46,411 bases of DNA from Planctomycetota bacterium (GTDB lineage: Bacteria > Planctomycetota > UBA1135 > UBA2386), in the NCBI GenBank assembly GCA_947501605.1, contig CANMWZ010000037.1:1-46411 (forward strand). The letters run 5' to 3'. A program made the translations under genes and the position numbers. Of this stretch, positions 10,403 to 18,554 are shown piece by piece (position 1 is the first letter of the stretch; each line of letters begins with the position of its first letter). A model generated the notes under the pieces. It was given only the letters and a program-made list of their open reading frames with translations, was not told the DNA's origin and made no database searches.

Positions 10403-11589
10403 CGAACCTGCCGCACCCTGTTGCTTCCCGTCGAGACTTTTTGCGCGCGAGCGCAGCCGCTGCGTTGTCGCTGCCGCTGCTCGGCAACGACGGGCTGCCG
10501 AGCGTCGTCGCCCCCTGGTCGCCACGCCGCGGCGCGCCGAAGACGCGCCACGTCGTGCTCGTCGCCTTCGCCGGCGGCGTACGCAGCAAGGATGTGATCG
10601 ATCAGAAGGACAACGCGCCGAACCTGCATCGCATTGCGCAGAATGGGATCCTGCACCCCGGACTCCGCTGTGCCAACGTCGGCCACTACGGCGCCGCGCT
10701 CTCGTTGTTCACCGGCAATGTCGAAGCGCTCGGCATCCGCGATGATGGCAGAGGTCGCAACCCGACGATGTTCGAGTACCTGCGCAAGGATGCTGGTTAC
10801 GGACCGGGCGATCTCTGGCTGTCCACCAGCAACGGCGCGCAAGGCAAGCTCTTTGCGCACAGCGAGCATCCTGACTACGGAGCTGCTTATGGTGCCAACG
10901 TGCTCGACGGCGAGGGCATCTTCAACGTCGAGTTCAAGAAGGTGCTCGACACCTTTGGTCGCCCCCGCGCCGACGGCGACAAGGAAGCCGCGATCCTCGA
11001 GGAACTCAACCAAGCACTCGACCAGGGCGCGCTGCAGAACCTCGAAGGCGGCAAGGTCGATGCGCAGCACGTGCGTCGCGTCGAGAAGTTCATCCTCGAT
11101 GAGTTGACTGGCGGCACGACCAACCTCACCGGCCCCGGCAGCGGCGACGCCAAAGCGATCCGTGTCGGCGCCAACATCTTGCGCACCTTCCGGCCACGCG
11201 TGCTCGGCATCACGCTGCAGAACGCCGACGTGGCTCACGGCAGCTACAACAGCTACGTCGAGGTCATCCGCCGCAACGACCAGGAGATCGGCAAGCTCTG
11301 GGACGCCGTGCAGCAGGACGCTGAGCTCAAAGACTCGACCACTCTGCTGATCTGCCCCGAGTTTGGCCGCGACAAAGACCTCAACGAACGCAATGGTCTC
11401 GACCACGGCGACGGCAGCGAGTGCCTGCACAAAGTGTTCTTCATCGGTGCTGGCCCTGACTTCGCGCGCGGCAAGGTGCTGAAGAACGACAGTCAGACCC
11501 TCGATCTGTGCCCAACCGTGCTCACCCTGTGCGGCGAGAAGCCAGGCCGCATGGTCGGCGGCAAAGTCCTCGACGGCGCCTTCGCCTGA
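10399..11589 (+). CDS. Tat-exported DUF1501-like / alkaline-phosphatase-superfamily fold protein
   Basis: GAGG RBS; twin-arginine SRRDFL signal; HVVLVAFAGGVR, DVAHG, TTLLICPEFGRD, LDHGDG, DLCPT. Confidence 0.75.
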   Translation: MTNLPHPVASRRDFLRASAAAALSLPLLGNDGLPSVVAPWSPRRGAPKTRHVVLVAFAGGVRSKDVIDQKDNAPNLHRIAQNGILHPGLRCANVGHYGAALSLFTGNVEALGIRDDGRGRNPTMFEYLRKDAGYGPGDLWLSTSNGAQGKLFAHSEHPDYGAAYGANVLDGEGIFNVEFKKVLDTFGRPRADGDKEAAILEELNQALDQGALQNLEGGKVDAQHVRRVEKFILDELTGGTTNLTGPGSGDAKAIRVGANILRTFRPRVLGITLQNADVAHGSYNSYVEVIRRNDQEIGKLWDAVQQDAELKDSTTLLICPEFGRDKDLNERNGLDHGDGSECLHKVFFIGAGPDFARGKVLKNDSQTLDLCPTVLTLCGEKPGRMVGGKVLDGAFA

Positions 11590-11597
11590 GTTGTCGC

Positions 11598-14500
11598 TTG
11601 CCGACCAAGCACACCGTTCGCGCCCTCGCTGCCGCACTGGCGGTCGGGCTGCTCTTCCTGGCTTCGATCAGCAGCACGACGGGCGCAGTGGCGCGCACAC
11701 CGCGCGCGCTCGGGGCTGTGAGCGACGCATGCGTGCAATGCCACTCCGGCATCGAAGACATCCATCCGGGCTACAAGCTGACCTGCGTCGATTGCCACGG
11801 CGGTGACGGCACCGCAACCGACAAGAACAAGGCACACGTGCAGCCAAAGCAGTCACCGCCCAGTGACGAACGGGTGCTGCCGCGCAACTTCGAACTGGCC
11901 TGGCAGCGCTTCCGCAACCCATCGAACCTGCGCGTTGCCCAACTCGTCTGCGGCGACTGCCACGACCCGACGGTCGCCAACGTACTGAAGTCGCTTCACG
12001 CCACCACCTGCGGTCACCTCGGCGATGGCTACTACGAACACGGCCTCGCTCGGAGCAAGACTCCAGGCTTCGCCGTGTTTCCCGAAGCCGATGACGATGG
12101 CGAAGTGCCAGACGGAGCCTTGCGCTCGGTCGCGCAGGTACCGGCGCCGCCGGACGGACCGAGTGACCGCATCGAAAGCCACTTTGCCGACCTGCCGCGC
12201 AAGGCGTGCATGCAGTGCCATCTGTGGAGCACGGGGCGCGCGGTGCGCGGGCGACTTGGCTTGGACGGCGACTACCGCGCCGAAGGCTGCGCCGCGTGTC
12301 ACGTCACCTATGCCGAGGATGGCCGCAGCAAGAGCGGCGATCCGACGATCGACAAGGACGAACCTGGCCACCCACTGCAGCATCGCTTCACCAGCAAGAT
12401 CCCGACCGACACCTGCGTTCACTGCCACTATGGCGATGCGAGCATCGGGCTCTCGTTCCAAGGCAAAGCGCAGCTCGTGCCCGGAATGCCCGCTGGCCCC
12501 AATGTGCCCGGCACGACGAGCACGCTGAAGAACGGGACCTTCTACCTCGACGACCCCGACCTCGTGCCCGCCGACGTCCACCACCAGCGCGGACTCCACT
12601 GCATCGACTGTCACACCGCGCAGGATGTCATGGGCGACGGCAACCTCTGGCCCCAGATGGATCACGCAGTCGAAATCGAGTGCACCAGTTGCCACGGCAC
12701 CATCGACGCGGTCTCTGACTTGCGCACGCAGAAGGGCCGCCGCGTCACCAACCTCGTTCAGGAAGGCGAGAAGTTCTTCTTGGTGAGCAAGGTCACGGGC
12801 AAACGCCATGAAGTCGTGCAGAGCAAGCACGTCGTCGACCCGACGCACCCGAGCTACAACGCACGCGCGAAAGAGGCCATGACCGCGGTGCACGGTCGCC
12901 TCGAGTGCTACAGCTGCCATGCGTCGTGGAACGTCGACTTCTTCGGATTCCATTTCGACCGCAACGAGCAGTTCACTCAGCTCGACCTGTTGTCCGGACG
13001 ACGCACTGCGGGCCGCGTGACGACGCAAGAAAAAGTCTTCGCGACGTTCAATCAACTGCGCCTCGGCTTCAACCACGAGGGGCAAGTGGCGCCCTACATG
13101 GTCGGCTTCTCCACCATCGGCAGCTTTCACGACAGGACCGGTGCGCCGTATCTCGACCAAGCGCTGCCGACTTCCGGTGCGGGACTCTCTGGTGTCACCC
13201 TGGTGCCGCACCAAACCCACACGACGCGCAAAGAAGCGCGCGACTGCGTCGAATGCCATCGCAGCGGTACGACCTGGGGCCTCGGCTCGACCAACTTCCG
13301 GCTGGCGCGCGAGTTCGCCTTCGCCGTCGACGGGGCCAGATTGCTGGTCCAGGCCTTCGACCGCAAGCAACCGGCTCGCAGCGCGATCATTGCCGAACTG
13401 ACGCTACCAACCTCGCCGCGCACTCTGGCGCTGCGGATCGATGCGGTGCGCGGCACCACGACCCACGCCTACATCGGCTGCGATGATGGCACGCTGCTCA
13501 CGGTCGATGTCGGCAACCCCGCGCTGCCGAAACTCGTCACCGAACAGCGCGAACTGACCGAGCCGCGCCGCATGCTCGCCCAGGGCGACTATCTCTATGT
13601 CGCTGACGGCAGCGGCGGCCTTTGCGTGTTCGACCTGAAGAAGCCGGACCGGCCCAAGCTCGCTGGCACCATGCCTAGCGTTCAAGCCCGATCGCTGGCG
13701 ATCGCCTGGCCATGGCTCTTCCTCGCCGACGGCCCGGGCGGCCTCATCGTCGTCGACATCGCCAATCCGACTGAACCGAGGGCGTTGGCGCAGGTCGATT
13801 GCAACGGCGAGTCGACGCGACCCGATGACGCGACCGACGTCGCTGCTCTGTTCCAGTACTCACGCACACGCGCTCTGGATCCACTCGGTGAGCGGCTCGA
13901 GCGAACGCGAGCGCGCCACCTCGTCGCACTCGCGTGCGGCCTCGATGGTGTTCGTCTCGTCGACGTCACCGAGCCTTCGAACCCACAATTGCTGCACGGC
14001 GAACTGCACAAGCGCGCGTTCCGCACCGATCGCGGCGACGTGAAGGGCGTTGCCTGGAACACGCAGTTTGATCTCGGCAGCGAAGGCGGCGGGATCAAGA
14101 GCCGAGAGCGCGACTACTTGTTCGCCTACGAAGAGTACGGCAATGACGAAAACCGTCAGATGCGACTGCGCGCCTACGACTGCAGTGACCCTCTGAAGCC
14201 CCTGCAGGCGGCCGGTGAAGCGCCACGTGTCGGCAAGAGCCCTGGCCGCTTGCAGGTCGTGCGAGCCTACAATGCGCCGTTCTTGCAGCACTTCATCCTG
14301 GCCGTCGGTTCTGGCGGTGTCGGCACGATGGTCGATGCGAGCAAGATGCCGACGGGACTCCAGCCACTCGCCGAGCTGAGCGGCGCGTCCGGGGTGCGCG
14401 ATCTCGTCGTCGAGGAGTTTGCACTGGATCGACTCCAGGACGAACGCGGCCGCTGGGAGAAGGACATCAGCCACGAAGGCTCCCGCTACCTGACTCGCGA

Positions 14501-14624
14501 CGAGATGCTCAAAGTCCTACGCGCACCAGTACCGGTGCGCCGCGAAGCCGAAGGCCGCTACGGCACGATCGAGGCTGCACCCGCGGACAAGCGCAGCCGC
14601 AACAGCAAGGAACCCGGGAAATGA
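11598..14624 (+). CDS. Decaheme c-type cytochrome fused to an LVIVD-like beta-propeller
   Basis: Signal peptide after TTG 11598 (start uncertain); 10 CxxCH motifs (CVQCH, CVDCH, CGDCH, CMQCH, CAACH, CVHCH, CIDCH, CTSCH, CYSCH, CVECH); repeats LLTVDVGNP, LCVFDLKKP, LIVVDIANP, VRLVDVTEP. Confidence 0.88.
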   Translation: MPTKHTVRALAAALAVGLLFLASISSTTGAVARTPRALGAVSDACVQCHSGIEDIHPGYKLTCVDCHGGDGTATDKNKAHVQPKQSPPSDERVLPRNFELAWQRFRNPSNLRVAQLVCGDCHDPTVANVLKSLHATTCGHLGDGYYEHGLARSKTPGFAVFPEADDDGEVPDGALRSVAQVPAPPDGPSDRIESHFADLPRKACMQCHLWSTGRAVRGRLGLDGDYRAEGCAACHVTYAEDGRSKSGDPTIDKDEPGHPLQHRFTSKIPTDTCVHCHYGDASIGLSFQGKAQLVPGMPAGPNVPGTTSTLKNGTFYLDDPDLVPADVHHQRGLHCIDCHTAQDVMGDGNLWPQMDHAVEIECTSCHGTIDAVSDLRTQKGRRVTNLVQEGEKFFLVSKVTGKRHEVVQSKHVVDPTHPSYNARAKEAMTAVHGRLECYSCHASWNVDFFGFHFDRNEQFTQLDLLSGRRTAGRVTTQEKVFATFNQLRLGFNHEGQVAPYMVGFSTIGSFHDRTGAPYLDQALPTSGAGLSGVTLVPHQTHTTRKEARDCVECHRSGTTWGLGSTNFRLAREFAFAVDGARLLVQAFDRKQPARSAIIAELTLPTSPRTLALRIDAVRGTTTHAYIGCDDGTLLTVDVGNPALPKLVTEQRELTEPRRMLAQGDYLYVADGSGGLCVFDLKKPDRPKLAGTMPSVQARSLAIAWPWLFLADGPGGLIVVDIANPTEPRALAQVDCNGESTRPDDATDVAALFQYSRTRALDPLGERLERTRARHLVALACGLDGVRLVDVTEPSNPQLLHGELHKRAFRTDRGDVKGVAWNTQFDLGSEGGGIKSRERDYLFAYEEYGNDENRQMRLRAYDCSDPLKPLQAAGEAPRVGKSPGRLQVVRAYNAPFLQHFILAVGSGGVGTMVDASKMPTGLQPLAELSGASGVRDLVVEEFALDRLQDERGRWEKDISHEGSRYLTRDEMLKVLRAPVPVRREAEGRYGTIEAAPADKRSRNSKEPGK

Positions 14625-15637
14625 CCGACACAAGGTCCATCCTGCACCGGATCGCCGCGGTCGCGCTCCTCGTTTCGGCGCCGCTCTCGGCGCAAGACGA
14701 CACCAAGTTCTTGGAGACCGCGTTTCTACGGCTCGATGCCGACAAGGACGGCATGCTCCTTCGCGCCGAGTTCCCCGGCAGTGATCGCCAGTTCGCAGCA
14801 ATCGACGCCGACAAGAATGCGAAGGCGACGCTGGCCGAGTTCATCGCCAGCGAAGTCGGGAAGAACCTCGTGCGCGCGCGCTACCGCAGCAAGGACGAAC
14901 CGCACGAGCGCGTGACCACGACCGAACTGCGAGCGCGACGGTTCGATGCTCTGCAGCGAGTCGATGCCAACCACGATGGCAAAGTCACTCGCGACGAGTG
15001 GAACGGGACCGAGCTTGCGTTCCGCGAACTCGACCTCGACGACAACGCCGTGATCGACAAGCGCGACCGTCAAGAGGCCCTCGCAACCGCACTACCTCCC
15101 GAGCCCGAACTGCCCGAACCGAAGGGGGATTTGCTGCTGGTCGAGGACCTCATGAAGCGCTTCGACAAGGATGGCAACGCCGTGTTGTCGAACAAGGAGA
15201 TCACCGACAAGTGGCTGCGCGCGGCATTGCCGTGGGCCGACGCCGACCGCGACGGCGCGCTGATCGAAAGCGAGCTGCGGGCGCTGGTCACGGCGATCCA
15301 GCAGCGACGCGCGGCCTCGATGTCCTACCGCGAACGCCCAGAGCCCTACGAGGTGCCGTTCGACGCCTGGGACAAGGACGACGACGAGCGCGTGCGCCAA
15401 AACGAGTGGATGGGCCCCCTGAGCCTGTTCGCCCAGATCGACGTCGATGCCGACGCGGCTCTGAGCCGCGACGAAGTCCTACGCTACGAGAGGCGCGTGC
15501 GTGGCCATGACTTCGTCGAACGCTTCGACCTCGACGGCGACGGCAAAGTCACGCTCGCAGAATTCGCCGGCCCCACCGGCGCGTTTCGGCGCGCCGATCG
15601 ATCGGGGGATGGCACGGTGACACGGTCCGATCGCTAG
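14621..15637 (+). CDS. Secreted multi-EF-hand Ca2+-binding protein
   Basis: ATGA-coupled to the cytochrome gene; signal peptide ending LSA-Q; ten DxDxD/NG-like loops, e.g. DADKDGMLLRAE, DANHDGKVTRDE, DADRDGALIESE, DLDGDGKVTLAE. Confidence 0.85.
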   Translation: MTDTRSILHRIAAVALLVSAPLSAQDDTKFLETAFLRLDADKDGMLLRAEFPGSDRQFAAIDADKNAKATLAEFIASEVGKNLVRARYRSKDEPHERVTTTELRARRFDALQRVDANHDGKVTRDEWNGTELAFRELDLDDNAVIDKRDRQEALATALPPEPELPEPKGDLLLVEDLMKRFDKDGNAVLSNKEITDKWLRAALPWADADRDGALIESELRALVTAIQQRRAASMSYRERPEPYEVPFDAWDKDDDERVRQNEWMGPLSLFAQIDVDADAALSRDEVLRYERRVRGHDFVERFDLDGDGKVTLAEFAGPTGAFRRADRSGDGTVTRSDR

Positions 15638-15690
15638 GGGTGAGTTTTGCGGTGCCAAAGTGCGAAAGGGAGCGGGGGTCCTGCGGCACA

Positions 15691-15719
15691 TTGACGATCG
15701 GCGGTCGTAGAGGCATCCT
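15691..15719 (+). promoter_or_regulatory. Putative sigma70-type promoter for a leaderless small lipoprotein gene
   Basis: TTGACG, 17-bp spacer, CATCCT, then 8 nt to ATG 15728. Confidence 0.45.
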
Positions 15720-15727
15720 CTTACATC

Positions 15728-15913
15728 ATGAAGAAGCTCACCTACATCGGCATGTTCCTCCTCGCGGCCTGCAGCTCGACCCCCAGCGGGACCAATGCGC
15801 AAGCGGCCACCTCGACCCCAAGCTGCTGCTCGGCCGGCGGCTGCAGCGAAGGTGCGGCCCCGGATGCCAAGGACACCAAGGCTGCAGGAAGCTGCTGCGC
15901 CGACAAGAAGTAA
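15728..15913 (+). CDS. Small Cys-rich lipoprotein (61 aa)
   Basis: MKKLTYIGMFLLAAC lipobox; SCCSAGGC and GSCC motifs; GC-rich third codon positions. Confidence 0.7.
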   Translation: MKKLTYIGMFLLAACSSTPSGTNAQAATSTPSCCSAGGCSEGAAPDAKDTKAAGSCCADKK

Positions 15914-15945
15914 CGCCGACATGAAGGGACGCCGACATGAAGTGA
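15898..15945. repeat. 16-bp imperfect tandem repeat, 3 copies, starting inside the lipoprotein gene end
   Basis: CGCCGACAAGAAGTAA / CGCCGACATGAAGGGA / CGCCGACATGAAGTGA. Confidence 0.8.
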
Positions 15946-16172
15946 CTCAGGGCGCGGGCCCAAAGCGCCGGCCCTGATCGCACGCTGACACGTCGCACGG
16001 TGACGCGTAGCACGGTGCGATCGGCAGGCTCACAGCGGGGCCCGACTGCCTCCCCGATAGGGTGACGGCCGGGCTTCATTCACGGCTCGAGAAGGGTCCT
16101 CGGCTCCAGGGGGACGCAGTGCTCCCAGTCGCGTCGCGGCACGCCGCGAAGGCGCAACGCCGGGCCAGAGAC

Positions 16173-16778
16173 TCAGCCGATCACGACCCGCCGCTGGTTG
16201 CCGATCTGCGCGAGTTCCTCGGCAATCGCGGAGGCGATCGCGAAGCCCTCCGCGTCATTGGCACGGCGGACCAACTGCATCGCACCTGGCACGAACCGCG
16301 CGGCGGCCATGCCTTCGATGGCGCGCTGCAACATCCAGCGCGTCGCGTGCTGTTCGGGGGCGACTTCGTCCATGCTGGCGAGCGCGGCCGATGCCGTCCG
16401 CACATCGGTTAGCGCCGACAGACCTGCCAACACCGCCGCTGCGGCCGGCCGCCCCACTTTCTGCAGCACATGCGGAAGGAGGCGACGCACGGCCGCGTCG
16501 ACGACCAGGAAGCCGCGGCGACGCTCGTCGCCGACGGTTCCGCGCGTGTTGACGAACTTCGGCACGAGCGGCCGCAGCAACTTCGTGCGCGCGTCGTCGT
16601 CGGGCAGCAAGTCGTTGAACGCGCGGACAAAGGCCGCAATCACGGGGCAGGCGCACTGCGGCTCGTCCGTGTGCAACTCACCGGCAAGCCACGCGACCAT
16701 CTCCATCGCACACATGCCGTCATCGCGGCGATCGTGCGCGCCGCGGCGCAGAGGGAACTGGTCGAGCAAGCGGTTCAT
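16173..16778 (-). CDS. Conserved hypothetical protein with a His/Cys-rich N-terminal motif
   Basis: GGAG RBS; GAH...GMCAMEMVAWLAGE..TDEPQCACPVIAAFVRAFND, then an Ala-rich helical region. Confidence 0.7.
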   Translation of the reverse strand: MNRLLDQFPLRRGAHDRRDDGMCAMEMVAWLAGELHTDEPQCACPVIAAFVRAFNDLLPDDDARTKLLRPLVPKFVNTRGTVGDERRRGFLVVDAAVRRLLPHVLQKVGRPAAAAVLAGLSALTDVRTASAALASMDEVAPEQHATRWMLQRAIEGMAAARFVPGAMQLVRRANDAEGFAIASAIAEELAQIGNQRRVVIG

Positions 16779-16856
16779 CACAGGGCTCCGGCAAACAGGG
16801 GGATGCCGAAGGATACCCCTGCAGACGAACTGTGCTTGGACGCCCACAAACGCAGG

Positions 16857-18554
16857 TCAACGGATCATTGCGCTCTCGGGCAACAGGTCGACCGCGGCAG
16901 CGGGTCGCTCGATCCCCAACCAAAAGGCTGCAAACACTGCGGCGAGCCCCGGCGACACCGCATCGTCGGCGATGTGCCCGCGCCGCAGCATCGGCCCCAT
17001 CGCCAGCAGCGGTACACGCAGATCGTAGGGATGCGCTGTGCCGTGTGAGGCCGGCAGCCCGGCCTCGATCCAGTACGGGGCCGGCACCAGCATCACATCA
17101 CCCGCCCGCTCATGTGCCGCATACGCCAGCGCACGACGAATCGGATCTTGGTCGTCAACCTGGCCACGCACCGCATGCGCGGCGACGCCTGCCTGTATCC
17201 CTTTGACCTTGCTGCACGCCGCGGCGGCAACCGAGCACGCCGTTTCGAACGTCGCGGTGTCATCAGCGCCCGGCGCGAATGTCGCGATGCGCGCGCGGTC
17301 GAGCACCAGCGAGTACTCACCCGCATGCACCACCAGGGGCTCGCCACCTTCGACGCCAAAATGCTGTCGGAGAGCGGACTCGGCAGCAGCTCGCGCTTGC
17401 GTATGGAGAAGAGCGCGTCCACCGCCTAGCCCGCGGGCCTTGGCCACTTCCGGCGGCAAGGCCACGCCGTGGTCAGCGGTCACGACAAACGCGTAGCGGC
17501 CAGCGCCCACCGCCACATCCAACGCTTCGAGCAACGCTGCCAACTGCGCATCCGTGCGCAGGAGCACATCGCGAGCTTCCACACTGTCGGGTCCAAAGTA
17601 GTGACCGATCGTGTCATTGGCGGAGAACGAGATGCACAACAGATCGGCATGCTCGTCTTGACCCAACTGCTCACCCAAGATCGCCGCCAGCGCCACCTGC
17701 AACACCAGCATGTTGCTGACCGGCGACACGTAGACCTCGTTGTAGAACAGGCTGTTTGGCTCGTCGCTGCGCCCACCGCGCAGGACCGCCGGCAACACGT
17801 GTGCGCCGGTCGACAGGTGCGGCGCTTCGAATGCACGATCGTCGACCAAGCCGTCGTAAGCAGCAGCGGGACCGAAGCGCTCCCAGGTCCAACCGAAGAA
17901 CGCATCGGTAGCCTTCTTCTGGTCGTAGTCGAGCAACCACTTCGGGGCCGTCTTGCCCCATCTCGTATTGGTGACGAAGCGGCCCTTGCCGGTCTCGTAC
18001 CACAGCACCGAATTGGCGGCGCCGCCTGCCATCAGAATGGCCGAACGGTCCTTGCCGGCAACGCCGACGACCTTGCTCGCTGGATCGGAGACCTTCAGCA
18101 GGTCGCCGACCGTCGGCACGAGCAGGCGCATCGGACCGCGCAGTTTGCCTTCCGGGAAGGCCTCGAGTGGCAGCGCAGTCTCGTCGCTCGCGCAGTACAT
18201 CTTGGTCTTCGTCAGCCGGTCGTACCACTCGTTCTTGACGATTCCGTGCACGCTCGCTGGCGCGCCGGTCCCGATGGTTGCGTGGCCGGGCCCCGTCTCG
18301 GTGCAACCGTGCAAGTAGGCGCACTCGGTGAACAACACCCCCTGGTCGAGCAGGCGGCGGAAGCCGCCGGTCGCTGCAAAATGCGGGCGCGCGTCGTCGA
18401 ACACCCACGTCGCCAACTGATCGATCGAGCACAGCACGACCAGTTTGGGGCGAGCGATCCGCGAGGGCTGTGGCGCCGCCGACGGGGCTGGTTCCTGTGC
18501 CTGTACGAATGGCAGCAGCAACATCGAGAGGAGCGAGCAGGAGCGCAGCTTCAT
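16857..18554 (-). CDS. PafA-like alkaline phosphatase / nucleotide pyrophosphatase-phosphodiesterase family protein
   Basis: Signal peptide; SIDQL, TETGPGHATIGTG (Thr nucleophile), KDRSAI, DTIGH, TADHG, SHGT; ATGA-coupled to the upstream gene. Confidence 0.88.
   Translation of the reverse strand: MKLRSCSLLSMLLLPFVQAQEPAPSAAPQPSRIARPKLVVLCSIDQLATWVFDDARPHFAATGGFRRLLDQGVLFTECAYLHGCTETGPGHATIGTGAPASVHGIVKNEWYDRLTKTKMYCASDETALPLEAFPEGKLRGPMRLLVPTVGDLLKVSDPASKVVGVAGKDRSAILMAGGAANSVLWYETGKGRFVTNTRWGKTAPKWLLDYDQKKATDAFFGWTWERFGPAAAYDGLVDDRAFEAPHLSTGAHVLPAVLRGGRSDEPNSLFYNEVYVSPVSNMLVLQVALAAILGEQLGQDEHADLLCISFSANDTIGHYFGPDSVEARDVLLRTDAQLAALLEALDVAVGAGRYAFVVTADHGVALPPEVAKARGLGGGRALLHTQARAAAESALRQHFGVEGGEPLVVHAGEYSLVLDRARIATFAPGADDTATFETACSVAAAACSKVKGIQAGVAAHAVRGQVDDQDPIRRALAYAAHERAGDVMLVPAPYWIEAGLPASHGTAHPYDLRVPLLAMGPMLRRGHIADDAVSPGLAAVFAAFWLGIERPAAAVDLLPESAMIR

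Noticed and set aside
11598..14624. Calling the decaheme MtrA/DmsE
   Set aside because: Heme spacing is much wider, a propeller is fused, and no MtrB-like porin is adjacent
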